From an uncultured Candidatus Saccharibacteria bacterium (GTDB taxonomy: Bacteria > Patescibacteriota > Minisyncoccia > Phycocordibacterales > UBA918), in the NCBI GenBank assembly GCA_964643955.1, contig CAZXUO010000002.1, positions 44,691-108,690 of the forward strand: a DNA stretch of 64,000 nucleotides, given 5' to 3'. Shown piece by piece: positions 1 to 10,420 of this stretch. How positions within the stretch are numbered: position 1 is the first letter of the stretch; the number at the start of each line of letters is the position of its first letter. Below the pieces are notes generated by a model, which saw nothing but the letters and a program-made list of their open reading frames with translations, searched no databases and was not told the origin of the DNA. The translations under genes and the position numbers were made by a program.

Positions 1-816
1 ACATCGCCTTCAAACGTACTTGGTCTTGAAGCACAGGTTGAGACGGTCGATGATGTGCGCCTCTCGTGGCAGAACCCACGCGAAGCAGACTTCTCGCATG
101 TACGCATTCTTCGTTCGCCACTCTTCTATCCGAGCGATCCGTACGACGGCGCTCTTATATATGAAGGGAATGGAACAGAATTCTTCGACGAAGATGCGCT
201 CCGTAAAAATGATCGAGCCTATTACACAGTATTTGCCGTCGATGATAAGGGAAATATTTCTTCGGGTGCGATCGCGCTTGCGCGCCGTACTGGTGTACCA
301 CTTGAAGAGAATCGTGAGACAGCATCAACAACAATCGAGCTTTCGCTCGCAGACATCCAATTCATCCAAGATGGTCGAGTCATTTCTCCTGCAACTGTGG
401 AGGAAGATGCGTACTTTACGCTCGACAGTACACGTCCATTCACTATCCTCATTCCGTATGATGCGCTTCTTGAAAACCTCAAGACGGTCATGGTGACGCT
501 TGCACACCCGCAAGATAAGACGCAGTTGTTCTCATTCCTTTTGCGCATCAATAAAGAAAAGACCGCGTATGAAGCGCAGATTGCCCCGCTCGTGGATGAA
601 GGGTACTACCCAACAGGTATTACCGTAATCGACTATGCACTCAAAGAAATGGCAGATGTCCGCGCAACCATCGTCGTGTCGCGACCATCTGAAGATAGTG
701 TGCCTCAAGGAGTAGGAGGCTGGAGCCGCGGGAATTTCTTCTTTGTCATTGTGCTTATCTTGCTCCTCATACTCGGCTATTGGTTGATACGAAGAGATCA
801 GTATCGATATGCATAA
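1..816 (+). CDS. 5'-truncated gene continuing from upstream; fibronectin-III/Ig-like extracellular domain with C-terminal transmembrane anchor (FFFVIVLILLLILGYWLIRR)
   Basis: Frame 1 is open from base 1 to the stop at 816. Beta-rich sequence ends in a hydrophobic helix plus basic stop-transfer residues. Confidence 0.5.
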   Translation, partial: TSPSNVLGLEAQVETVDDVRLSWQNPREADFSHVRILRSPLFYPSDPYDGALIYEGNGTEFFDEDALRKNDRAYYTVFAVDDKGNISSGAIALARRTGVPLEENRETASTTIELSLADIQFIQDGRVISPATVEEDAYFTLDSTRPFTILIPYDALLENLKTVMVTLAHPQDKTQLFSFLLRINKEKTAYEAQIAPLVDEGYYPTGITVIDYALKEMADVRATIVVSRPSEDSVPQGVGGWSRGNFFFVIVLILLLILGYWLIRRDQYRYA

Positions 817-3800
817 CGCTCGCTTTACAACCACATACATATATATGAGTGCGCTCACACGCGTATTCATCGTTTGTGCGCTTCTTATGGCGCTGTGTGG
901 TGGAGCGATTTTCAATACAACAAAAGCAGAGGCCGCATTTAATGCTGAGATTAACTACCAAGGAAAGCTCACGAACAGCAGCAATGCAGCGGTCGCGGAT
1001 GGTGAGTATGATATTGAGTTTAATTTGTATACCGTTGCTTCTGGTGGCGTCGCCATCTGGACAGAAACGCAGACAGTGCATGCGACGAGCGGCCTCTTTA
1101 GTGTCATGCTCGGAGACATCTCTTCGCTTTCAGGCGTTGATTTCAATCAGACGCTCTACCTCGGCGTAACCATCGAGGCTGATAGTGAGATGGCACCGCG
1201 CAAAGTACTCGGCGCAGTGCCAGCTGCGTTTCAAGCACAAGAGCTCGATGGCTTTACCGCATCACAATTTTTGCGTAGCGATGAGCCAGATACTATGGCG
1301 TCAACATCAGTGATGACGCTCCTTACCGTGACGCAGTCAGGTACCGGAAATATTCTTGATCTTAAAGACGGTGCGACGACGATCTTCACCGCAAAAGACG
1401 GGGGACATATCGGTATCGGCACGACGACAACGAGTGGTGCACGCCTCACGGTGCAAACATCAGGTACAACTGACATTTTGAATCTTCTTGAAACTGGCGG
1501 CACCGAAGTATTTACGGTACTCGAAAGTGGCAACGTTGGTATCGGCGACACATCGCCGTCGGCGCTCCTCACCGTCGGTACTGGCGATGCATTTCAAGTG
1601 AATTCTTCAGGAGCAATTGCCGCCGCAACCGGCATCACCTCAAGTGGCACGATTACGTTTAGCGGACTCACGAGCGGCCTCCTCTACGCAAATGGTTCAG
1701 GTGTACTTTCAGCGACCTCGACTCTCGCGTTGTCACTCATTCCCGATAAATTCCTCCGCAATGACGCGGACGATACGACGACGGGCCAGCTCACCGCAGC
1801 AAACTTCGTTGGTTCATCTTCGTCTGCGACCTCAACACTTGCAGGAAGTTTTGCAGTTGAGACCAATGGTCTTGTATACGACCGCACTACAAACTTCGTC
1901 GGTATCGGTACGGCAGCACCCGCGACTGTATTGCATCTTTCAAAGGCAACAGCTGGAACACAGGAGTTACTTCGTTTGCATAATAGCAGTACCAACGCCG
2001 CTGCGACCGCAGACATTCGCTTCAGACTTGGATCTTCAGGGAACGATACTGGCTTCATCAATCAAGGATGGAATGGTTCTGCAATGTACCTCTCGCTTGG
2101 CGCAGGTTCTCCTGCTGCTGAGGGCATCCGTATCGTCGGTGGCCGCGTCGGTATTGGCACCTCAACGCCTGCTGCAGAACTCCAGGTGCTTTCGACCACC
2201 GAGCAATTGCGGGTTGCGTACAATGCGTCAAATTATTACACCACAACCGTCGGCTCAACAGGCGGCGTCACACTCGACGCTGTAGGATCGGGAGCAGGAT
2301 TCACACTCTCAGACTCATTGACGATGAGCGGCACTTCGGCAAATATCCTCCTCGGCTCAAATTGGATTTCGGGTGACGGCGATGATGAGGGATTGTATGT
2401 TGCAAGTGACGGCGATGTAGGTGTCGGCACTTCAAGTCCACTCTGGGAGCTTCATGTCGACAAGACGCAGAACAAGGGTACCTATTTGAACCTCACAAAC
2501 TATTCTTCGGGCGCTTCTGCGCAAGCGGGCGTTTACGGCCAGACAGATTCGGCAAGTTATCTTGCGATTGCTCATGGGTCAGGTAGAACTACGCAGCGTT
2601 ATGGCTTCGCAGTTGGCGGTTGGGCGGAGATGCTCTCACTTACTGGTAGTGGACTCTTGGTCGGTACAGGCGCAAATGCAACACCAATTGTCTTCGGTAC
2701 AAATAGTACTGAGCGAATGAGAATCTTGAGCGATGGTAACGTCGGCATCGGCACCACTTCACCACTCACCAAACTTTCGGTACAAGGTAGCTCCCGCATC
2801 ACCGGCGATCTCTCGGTTGCAGGAATTACGGCAACATCGACAGTGACGGGTCTCAGGTTTATCGCGTCTTCAGCAACAGCAACTTCTACGCTTCCAGTGC
2901 TCTCAGTTACTGGTCGTCTCTACGATGCCTCCGGAAAGGGTGGTACGAGCGGCATGGTATTGCAGTCGACCGGCACGGGTATCAACTGGGTTGCAACCTC
3001 AACACTTGGTATCACTGCAGGTGGCGCAGGTGATGTTACTGCGGTCGGCGATTGTACAACGGGCGCATGTTTTGATGGTACGTCAGGCACAACGCTTACC
3101 TTCAACAACGCTGGTGGTGACAAGACACTTGTATTTGATGGCTCAAACTTCACCTTCAACGACGGTCTCATCGTGGATACACTCGACACGGGCCAAGGTG
3201 CAAATGAGCTCTATGACATGGATCAAAATGTTCTCACGACATCGGATGTGACCTTTAATTCGTTGACTCTCACCACTGATCTGTCTGTTGCAAACGGCGG
3301 TACCGGCGCATCGACACTCACTGGTCTTTTGCTCGGAAATGGCACCTCGCCATTTACAGCAACAACGTCACTTTCATCGTCATATATTGAAGACGCATAC
3401 GTTCGCAATACCGGCGACTCAATCTCAGGCAACCTCACCTTCAGTGGCTCTGCAGCAAATATTGCACTCGGCTCAAATTACCTTTCAGGTGATGGCGATG
3501 ACGAGGGCATCTTTGTATCGTCGGCGGGCAATGTCGGTATTGGTACGTCGTCGCCGCTCACGAAACTTTCTGTTCAAGGCGATTCGCGTATTACGGGAAA
3601 TCTTCAGGTTGCGGGCCTTACCGCAACATCAACCGTTACATTTGGCACACTCACTGATGCGCTCATTGTGACGAATTCGAGTGGCGTTCTTGCAGAATAC
3701 GCGGGCACCTCATGTCCGGGACAATTTGTGCAGTCGCTTTCAGCCCTTGGTGTTGCAAGTTGTGCATCAGGAGGTGGGTCGATTGCAACATCGACCGCGC

Positions 3801-4948
3801 TTGCGAATACGCAGATGATCTATGCAACTGGTGTCGGAACGATTGGTTCGGAAGCTGCATTTACGTACGACGCATCGACAAATACGCTCACGGTCGACGT
3901 GCTTGCACTCTCTGGCACCGGCACCCTCAATGGTGTTGATGTAATTGATGCGACGACCGAGAGTACGATTGAGGCTGCGATCGATACACTCGCAAACCTT
4001 ACTGCAGCGTCGTCGCTCGCGACGGTCGGTACCATCACGAGTGGTGTCTGGAACGGAACGGACATCGCCGTTTCAGACGGCGGTACGGGCGCGTCGACAC
4101 TCACCGGTCTTCTCCAAGGAAACGGTACGGGTGCCATTACGGGCATTACGGGTACTGCAGGACAAGTGCCGTACTACAACGGTACGAATACACTCCTCGC
4201 GACCTCATCAATCTTTATTGCAAGTGATGGAAAGATTGGTATCGGTACGACCTCGCCAGAGTACAGATTAGAGGTAGCAGACAGTACGTCTGCCCGCATA
4301 GCGGTGACTCAGAAAAGCAATAACGCAGTAGCCCCAGGATTTGAGTATCGAAAGATACGCGGAACCGGTGCGGTCACAAACGGAGATTTCCTCGGTCTGT
4401 TTAGTTATCAAGGATATGACGGGGATCAATATCTCAGGACTGCACATATTGCGGCGCGAATAAATGGAACAGTCGCAAATAACAGCATTCCAACAGATTT
4501 GATATTTGCAGCAGGGTCTACTGATGATCCAACCGTTTCCAATGAAGTGATGCGCGTTACGAGCGGCGGTACCGTTGCAATAGGTACGACGACATCAGTC
4601 GCAAAGCTCTCGATTCTCAACGCATCAAATCCGCAGCTTCAGCTTGGACAGAGTGGTAGTCTCTACACACGCATGCAGGTCGCAGCGTCGACTGGAGACA
4701 TGACACTCAGTCTCTCGACTGGTCAGGATATCTACATGACGCAGCCGGGTGGCTCAACTGGTGCCAATCTCTGGGTCTGCGAAGGTGATACGTGTCCATC
4801 AGTCACACTCACTGACGGAGGTAACATTGTAGCAGAAGGCGCATACTACTTTAGCAACGGCTACTACATGAAGGAGGCATCTTCAACCGCGGTTGGTCTC
4901 TACGACGACGTGGGCGATGCAATCATTCTCTTTGACGATGGAACCTAA
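809..4948 (+). CDS. Giant (1379 aa) secreted repeat protein with recurrent GNVGIGT(T/S)SP..KLSVQG modules and SGDGDDEG motifs; tail-fibre/adhesin-like
   Basis: N-terminal Sec signal peptide (MSALTRVFIVCALLMALCGG..AEA). At least 8 copies of the VGIGT-SP repeat. No catalytic motif. Overlaps the upstream gene by 8 nt. Confidence 0.6.
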   Translation: MHNARFTTTYIYMSALTRVFIVCALLMALCGGAIFNTTKAEAAFNAEINYQGKLTNSSNAAVADGEYDIEFNLYTVASGGVAIWTETQTVHATSGLFSVMLGDISSLSGVDFNQTLYLGVTIEADSEMAPRKVLGAVPAAFQAQELDGFTASQFLRSDEPDTMASTSVMTLLTVTQSGTGNILDLKDGATTIFTAKDGGHIGIGTTTTSGARLTVQTSGTTDILNLLETGGTEVFTVLESGNVGIGDTSPSALLTVGTGDAFQVNSSGAIAAATGITSSGTITFSGLTSGLLYANGSGVLSATSTLALSLIPDKFLRNDADDTTTGQLTAANFVGSSSSATSTLAGSFAVETNGLVYDRTTNFVGIGTAAPATVLHLSKATAGTQELLRLHNSSTNAAATADIRFRLGSSGNDTGFINQGWNGSAMYLSLGAGSPAAEGIRIVGGRVGIGTSTPAAELQVLSTTEQLRVAYNASNYYTTTVGSTGGVTLDAVGSGAGFTLSDSLTMSGTSANILLGSNWISGDGDDEGLYVASDGDVGVGTSSPLWELHVDKTQNKGTYLNLTNYSSGASAQAGVYGQTDSASYLAIAHGSGRTTQRYGFAVGGWAEMLSLTGSGLLVGTGANATPIVFGTNSTERMRILSDGNVGIGTTSPLTKLSVQGSSRITGDLSVAGITATSTVTGLRFIASSATATSTLPVLSVTGRLYDASGKGGTSGMVLQSTGTGINWVATSTLGITAGGAGDVTAVGDCTTGACFDGTSGTTLTFNNAGGDKTLVFDGSNFTFNDGLIVDTLDTGQGANELYDMDQNVLTTSDVTFNSLTLTTDLSVANGGTGASTLTGLLLGNGTSPFTATTSLSSSYIEDAYVRNTGDSISGNLTFSGSAANIALGSNYLSGDGDDEGIFVSSAGNVGIGTSSPLTKLSVQGDSRITGNLQVAGLTATSTVTFGTLTDALIVTNSSGVLAEYAGTSCPGQFVQSLSALGVASCASGGGSIATSTALANTQMIYATGVGTIGSEAAFTYDASTNTLTVDVLALSGTGTLNGVDVIDATTESTIEAAIDTLANLTAASSLATVGTITSGVWNGTDIAVSDGGTGASTLTGLLQGNGTGAITGITGTAGQVPYYNGTNTLLATSSIFIASDGKIGIGTTSPEYRLEVADSTSARIAVTQKSNNAVAPGFEYRKIRGTGAVTNGDFLGLFSYQGYDGDQYLRTAHIAARINGTVANNSIPTDLIFAAGSTDDPTVSNEVMRVTSGGTVAIGTTTSVAKLSILNASNPQLQLGQSGSLYTRMQVAASTGDMTLSLSTGQDIYMTQPGGSTGANLWVCEGDTCPSVTLTDGGNIVAEGAYYFSNGYYMKEASSTAVGLYDDVGDAIILFDDGT

Positions 4949-5771
4949 CACACACGAAGACGAGAATACAATTTCGTACATGGCGCTGCAGGTGATCGCA
5001 GAGCTTCGCGAATTTTTGCGTGTTATTCGCTCGTGGGTCTATCTGTGGTTTCTCTCGGCGTTCGTCATATTCTCACTCGGATTCAAGTGGCTTCTCTGGC
5101 GCGAGTACTCTATACCGGTACCGTCGTTTGAGGAAGTTTCGTTTGCAGCGCGCATCCTGATACATATGACGGAATTTCTTGTGCCGAGTGGTGTAACGCT
5201 CGTGGCGACCAATCCTTTTTCTGCGTTTGCAGCGCAAGTGCTCGTCTCAGCGCTCGCAGCACTCGTCGTGACATTTCCATTTCTTCTTTTGCGGGTGGTC
5301 GCGTATCTCTCTCCGGCACTCTATGCAAGCGAGCGTCGAGGACTCATGCTCGTACTCGGATTCGCATCAGTGCTTTTCGCAGGAGGGTGCACCTTCGGAT
5401 ATTTTATTGTGCTTCCAACCACGCTCCATTTCCTCTACGGATACGTGGGCGCACTCGGCGCGGTGCCGTTCTTTTCAGTGACCGAATTCATCGCGCTCGT
5501 GGTCTCATTTACCTTGGTCGCAGGTGTGTGTTTTCTCTTGCCGATCGTTATGGTCTCTGTGACCGCGCTCGGCATTATCCCGCATACGTTTTGGTGGCGA
5601 TCGTGGCGCAGTGCGCTTTTGCTTTTCCTTATTGCCTCTGCGATAATTACTCCAGACGGTAGTGGTGTAAGCATGCTCTTGCTCGCGTCACCGCTCTCGA
5701 TTTTATATGGCGTGGGCGCAGGCGTGAGTTCGTGGACGCGCGCGCGTGCAGACGTGCCGTTATCAGTCTAA
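4938..5771 (+). CDS. tatC: Sec-independent protein translocase TatC
   Basis: LQVIAELREFLRVI matches the TatC N-terminal HLxELRxRL signature and is followed by six predicted TM helices. The track start at 4893 is non-ATG; ATGs at 4938 or 4980 are possible. Confidence 0.8.
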   Translation: MEPNTHEDENTISYMALQVIAELREFLRVIRSWVYLWFLSAFVIFSLGFKWLLWREYSIPVPSFEEVSFAARILIHMTEFLVPSGVTLVATNPFSAFAAQVLVSALAALVVTFPFLLLRVVAYLSPALYASERRGLMLVLGFASVLFAGGCTFGYFIVLPTTLHFLYGYVGALGAVPFFSVTEFIALVVSFTLVAGVCFLLPIVMVSVTALGIIPHTFWWRSWRSALLLFLIASAIITPDGSGVSMLLLASPLSILYGVGAGVSSWTRARADVPLSV

Positions 5772-5783
5772 TGTTTCTATCAT

Positions 5784-6002
5784 ATGTTTGGTCTTGGACT
5801 TCCTGAAGTAATCATCATTGCACTTGCGGTCGCAATATTCTTTTTTGGCGGAAAGAAAATTGTCGAACTCTCACGTTCAATGGGACGGGTAAGTGGAGAA
5901 TTTAAGAAGGGGAAGATGGATATTGAACGGGAGCTCCGTGAGTCAGAGGGTGCGGTGATGCACGATGCGACGGTTGAAAAGACAACGACGGAATCAAAAT
6001 AG
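5784..6002 (+). CDS. tatA: Tat translocase subunit TatA/E
   Basis: MFGLGLPEVIIIALAVAIFFFGGKKIVELSRSMGRVSGEFKKG is the canonical TatA TM helix plus amphipathic helix. Confidence 0.8.
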   Translation: MFGLGLPEVIIIALAVAIFFFGGKKIVELSRSMGRVSGEFKKGKMDIERELRESEGAVMHDATVEKTTTESK

Positions 6003-6007
6003 CAGCT

Positions 6008-6295
6008 ATGTTCTTGAAGGCGTGGTTTAAAAAAGGTGGGCATACAAAAGATGAGCGCGAGACATCGCCTCGGGTTTTGAATATGCGCCGCCGCCGCCTC
6101 CTTCAATTTGGTGCGGTCGGCGGCGGCGCATTCCTCGTCGCGTGGTTCCTCCGCCCGCTGCTTTCGTTACTCAAAGAAGGTATCCCGTTTGAGAAAGAGA
6201 CTTTGTTCGAAAACTTTCGTGTGGTCGAAACGAATAAAGAACTCCAGTTTTACGACCGAAAATCGAACGAAGCGATTTTTATACTTGAGAAATAG
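6008..6295 (+). CDS. Small protein with twin-arginine signal-like motif (RRRRLLQFGAVGGGAFLVA); unknown function
   Basis: RR followed by a hydrophobic stretch sits immediately after tatA. The true start may be the internal Met at 6083. Confidence 0.4.
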   Translation: MFLKAWFKKGGHTKDERETSPRVLNMRRRRLLQFGAVGGGAFLVAWFLRPLLSLLKEGIPFEKETLFENFRVVETNKELQFYDRKSNEAIFILEK

Positions 6296-6298
6296 CGT

Positions 6299-7756
6299 AT
6301 GGCCATTCGCCTTTCCTCATCACGCATGGATGTGGGGGATAAGACGTTCCTCAAACCTGTCTTCAAAGATTATGGAGAAGTCCTCAATGATATGGGGCCT
6401 GGTGGCGGTACGCGTGATATCGATCTGACGCTTGGTAATGTCGTGACGGCAACCGTCTCTGGATCTACGACAACATTTACCTTTTCAAATCCATCTGCGT
6501 CTGGTACTGCGTGCAGCTTCACACTTGTGCTCACCAACGGCGGCTCACAGACGGTCAATTGGCCTGCTGCTGTTGAGTGGGTTGCAGGAGAAGCGCCGAC
6601 ATTGACGACCTCCGGTGTTGATATTTTGACGTTTGCGACGACCGACGCAGGTGCAACATGGATTGGGTTTTCTGGCGGCGGCGGTATCGCACACGATAGT
6701 ACGCTCTATGCATGGGGATTGGGTGGAAGCGGACAGCTCGGACAAGGCACCTCGGCGGTAGATCGTTCTTCTCCGGTTCAAGTTGGCTCGCTTGCAACAT
6801 GGGCTGAAGTTTCAGGAGGTATGTACCATGCGCTCGCATGTCGTGTTGATGGCACACTATGGGCATGGGGATCAAATGCAAACGGACGACTCGGCGATGG
6901 CACCACTACGAGTCGCTCTTCTCCGGTGCAGATCGGCTCACTTGCCACATGGAAAAAAGTTTCCGGCGGTGGCAATCATTCGATCGCTTTGAAATCAGAC
7001 GGCACACTGTGGGCATGGGGCCTCAATTATTCAGGTCAGCTTGCACAAGGCGATCTCACACTCCGTTCTTCACCGGTGCAGATCGGCTCACTTACGACGT
7101 GGATCGATATTGCTACAAGTGCGTATCATACGATGGCACTAAAGTCTGATAGTACGCTTTGGGTATGGGGATGGGGTGGTGCGGATGGTCGTCTTGGTGA
7201 TGGTACAACTGATGCGCGTTCTTCACCGGTGCAGATCGGCTCACTCGCAAATTGGAAATCGATCGCAACATCGTGGGATCATTCACTTGCTGTAAAAACT
7301 GACGGCACGCTCTGGGCGTGGGGCGATAATGCGCATGGACGCATTGGTGACGGTACGACGACGAACCGCTCTTCACCGGTGCAAATCGGATCATCAAATA
7401 CGTGGTCCGCGGCTTCTGGTGGGTACCATCATACGGTCGCATTGAAATCAGACGGCACACTGTGGGCGTGGGGGCGAGGTTCGTACGGACGTGTGGGCGA
7501 TGGCGCCTATACAAGTCGCTCTTCACCAGTGCAGATAGGCTCACTCACGAGTTGGGTTGCGATAAGCGCGGGCATGTACAGCTCACATGCGCTCCGTGCA
7601 GACGGCACTTTTTGGTCATGGGGAGGAGGCTATGGCGGTGCACTCGGCAACAATTCAATTACTGCAGTTGGATCTCCGGTACAAATCGGATCACTCACGA
7701 GTTGGAAGAAACTTTCTACGGGTCGAAGATCTACGTTTGGAATCCGACGGGTATAG
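6299..7756 (+). CDS. RCC1-repeat (beta-propeller) protein with conserved ~130-aa N-terminal beta-rich domain
   Basis: About seven repeats of GxLGxG..(N/D)RSSPVQ(V/I)GSL..W. The N-terminal domain (GNVVTATV..FTFSNP..TL.LTNGG..VNWP) is shared with the 7829 paralogue. Confidence 0.8.
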   Translation: MAIRLSSSRMDVGDKTFLKPVFKDYGEVLNDMGPGGGTRDIDLTLGNVVTATVSGSTTTFTFSNPSASGTACSFTLVLTNGGSQTVNWPAAVEWVAGEAPTLTTSGVDILTFATTDAGATWIGFSGGGGIAHDSTLYAWGLGGSGQLGQGTSAVDRSSPVQVGSLATWAEVSGGMYHALACRVDGTLWAWGSNANGRLGDGTTTSRSSPVQIGSLATWKKVSGGGNHSIALKSDGTLWAWGLNYSGQLAQGDLTLRSSPVQIGSLTTWIDIATSAYHTMALKSDSTLWVWGWGGADGRLGDGTTDARSSPVQIGSLANWKSIATSWDHSLAVKTDGTLWAWGDNAHGRIGDGTTTNRSSPVQIGSSNTWSAASGGYHHTVALKSDGTLWAWGRGSYGRVGDGAYTSRSSPVQIGSLTSWVAISAGMYSSHALRADGTFWSWGGGYGGALGNNSITAVGSPVQIGSLTSWKKLSTGRRSTFGIRRV

Positions 7757-7828
7757 TCCACGCTCCAAATTTTTTGTCCGTGGTATCATACAATTTACAT
7801 AGAGATTTTTCTCTTGGTGTACTAGTGT

Positions 7829-9283
7829 ATGGCCATTCGTCTTTCGTCATCGCGCATGGATATGAACGACAAGCCGCTCGAGCGGCCGGTCATTCGAGAT
7901 TATGGAGAAGCAGTGAATGCACTCGGTGGAGGGAGCGGTACGCGCGACATCAATCTCTCACTCGGCAATGTTGTCACGGCGACCGTCACCGGTACTACCA
8001 CCTTTACTTTTTCAAATCCGACGCCCGCGGGCACTGCGTGTACGTTTACCCTGATGCTCACCAACGGTGGTGCTCATACCGTCAATTGGCCTACGGCAGT
8101 GAAGTGGGCAAATACAGAAAATAATGTTGCGCCGACACTTAATAGTGCGGGGGTGGATGTACTCACTTTTTTAACAACGGATGTGGGGCTGACATGGTAT
8201 GGATTTTCAGGCACTGCGGTTGAAGATAATGACACCCTCTGGGCATGGGGTTTAAATAATGAGGGAAATCTAGGTGTGGGTGATACAGCTAATCGTTCTT
8301 CACCTGTACAAGTTGGTTCGCTGTTGACACGCTCAACAGCGAAAGCTGGCCTTGTGCACGCAACAACGCTTCGCTCAGACGGCACCCTCTGGACGTGGGG
8401 GAGAAATGATGAGGGTCAGCTCGGTCAAGGGGATGTGGCGGATAGATCCTCGCCTGTACAAATCGGTTCGCTTACGACATGGTCGCAAATTGCAACAGGA
8501 CAAACGCAGACACTTGCCATCCAGTCAGATGGCACGCTCTGGGCATGGGGGCGCAATGGACTTGGTCGTCTTGGTGACGGTACGACAACGAACCGCTCTT
8601 CACCGGTACAGATTGGCTCGCTTACGACGTGGTCAAAGGTAGCGACCGGATATGTTCATTCTGCTGCAATCCAGACAGATGGCACCTTGTGGGTCTGGGG
8701 TGAGGCAACCAGATTGGCAACGGATGTTGTGGGTAATCGCTCTTCACCGGTACAGATTGGCTCGCTTACGACGTGGTCAAAGGTAGCGACCGCCGTCAAT
8801 CATACATTGGCACTCAAAACAGACGGTACGCTCTGGGCGTGGGGAGTCGGTACGGTAGGTCAGCTTGGAGAAGGAACCAGTGCTGTTAATCGCTCTTCAC
8901 CTGTACAAGTCGGTTCGCTCACCACGTGGTCAACTATTGCCGGAGGAAATAATGTCTCTTTAGCATTAAAGTCCGATAATACCCTCTGGGCATGGGGAAG
9001 TAATTCAAGCGGGCAGTTAGGGCTTGGTGATACTGCAAATCGTTCTTCACCCGTACAAGTTGGTTCGCTTACAACATGGTCAGTAATAGCTCCTGGAGAT
9101 ACCCACGTGCTCGCTATCCAGTCAGACGGCACCCTCTGGGCGTGGGGAAATGGCGCAAGCGGTGGCCTTGGTCTTGGTGATACTGCAAATCGTTCTTCGC
9201 CTGTACAAGTTGGTTCACTCACGACGTGGCGTGCAGCTTCGGTCGGCACAACTTTCTCGGTTGCAAATAAGCGAGGTGCTTAG
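7829..9283 (+). CDS. RCC1-repeat protein paralogue (with N-terminal domain)
   Basis: About 70% identical to 6299..7756 in the N-domain, with the same RCC1 repeat periodicity. Confidence 0.8.
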   Translation: MAIRLSSSRMDMNDKPLERPVIRDYGEAVNALGGGSGTRDINLSLGNVVTATVTGTTTFTFSNPTPAGTACTFTLMLTNGGAHTVNWPTAVKWANTENNVAPTLNSAGVDVLTFLTTDVGLTWYGFSGTAVEDNDTLWAWGLNNEGNLGVGDTANRSSPVQVGSLLTRSTAKAGLVHATTLRSDGTLWTWGRNDEGQLGQGDVADRSSPVQIGSLTTWSQIATGQTQTLAIQSDGTLWAWGRNGLGRLGDGTTTNRSSPVQIGSLTTWSKVATGYVHSAAIQTDGTLWVWGEATRLATDVVGNRSSPVQIGSLTTWSKVATAVNHTLALKTDGTLWAWGVGTVGQLGEGTSAVNRSSPVQVGSLTTWSTIAGGNNVSLALKSDNTLWAWGSNSSGQLGLGDTANRSSPVQVGSLTTWSVIAPGDTHVLAIQSDGTLWAWGNGASGGLGLGDTANRSSPVQVGSLTTWRAASVGTTFSVANKRGA

Positions 9284-9326
9284 TTTTCAGATTTCTGTTT
9301 TCAAAAATAGTTTATAATTCTTTTGT

Positions 9327-10418
9327 ATGCCGCGTTTTCCAAAACCACGTGTAAACGGTACCCTCTGGATGTGGGGCAATGGTGCAAATGGTCGCCTTGG
9401 TATGGGTGATACGGTAAGTCACTCATCACCGGTACAAGTTGGTTCACTCAATACGTGGACGTTTGTTGCGCTAGGCGCTGAAAGCACATTTGGAATTCAA
9501 TCCAACGGTACCCTCTGGGCATGGGGGAATAATGTAAACGGACGACTCGGTGATGGTACTACGACGAGTCGCTCGTCGCCGGTACAAGTTGGTTCACTCA
9601 ATACGTGGAAGATGGTCGCTCCGGCAGAATTTCACACACTTGGAATAAGGACCGACGGTACGCTCTGGGCATGGGGCCGGGGCACATATGGAGTGCTTGG
9701 GCAAGCTACAAATAATAATAGCCAATCATCTCCGGTACAAGTCGGCTCACTCACGACCTGGGTGAATGCTTCGGTTGGAGAACAACATTCGCACGGGATA
9801 CGTTCGAACAGTGTGCTGTTTAGTTGGGGAGAAGGGGCGAATGGACGACTTGGCGGCGGTAATCAAACAGATCGTTCATCTCCCGTTCAAGTTGGTACAG
9901 GAACAATTTGGTCTCTTGTTTCAGGTACCAATCGACATTCACATGGCCTAACACATGATGGTCGATTGTTTTTCTGGGGATACAATGCAAACGGTTACGC
10001 GACTTCTGGAAATGGTGCTTACAACCAACGCTCATCTCCGGTGCAGGTTGGCTCACTTGTGGAGTGGATGCATGTCTCAAACGGAAATGGTCATTCACAT
10101 GCGATTCGTTCAAACGGCACACTGTGGTCATGGGGTCGTTATTACAATGGTTCACAAGGAACGAGTGATAACACAACGCGCAACTCTCCCGTACAAGTCG
10201 GCTCGCTCTCAACATGGAGTGATGTTTCTGCAGGAAAAGATCATAGTATCGGGTTGCGTGTAGATGGCGCGCTGTTTGGCTGGGGGGCAGCCGGAAGCGG
10301 TCAACTTGGACAAGGAAATACCACAGAATTTAACTCTCCTGTTCAAGTCGGCTCACTCACAACGTGGGTTCAGCCAGCAGCAGGTGGATCTCATTCTGCG
10401 GCACTTCGAAGAGGCTAG
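9327..10418 (+). CDS. RCC1-repeat protein paralogue lacking the N-terminal domain
   Basis: Only RCC1 repeats (RSSPVQVGSL..W). No obvious RBS, and a TATAAT 7 nt upstream suggests a leaderless start. Confidence 0.65.
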   Translation: MPRFPKPRVNGTLWMWGNGANGRLGMGDTVSHSSPVQVGSLNTWTFVALGAESTFGIQSNGTLWAWGNNVNGRLGDGTTTSRSSPVQVGSLNTWKMVAPAEFHTLGIRTDGTLWAWGRGTYGVLGQATNNNSQSSPVQVGSLTTWVNASVGEQHSHGIRSNSVLFSWGEGANGRLGGGNQTDRSSPVQVGTGTIWSLVSGTNRHSHGLTHDGRLFFWGYNANGYATSGNGAYNQRSSPVQVGSLVEWMHVSNGNGHSHAIRSNGTLWSWGRYYNGSQGTSDNTTRNSPVQVGSLSTWSDVSAGKDHSIGLRVDGALFGWGAAGSGQLGQGNTTEFNSPVQVGSLTTWVQPAAGGSHSAALRRG

Positions 10419-10420
10419 AT

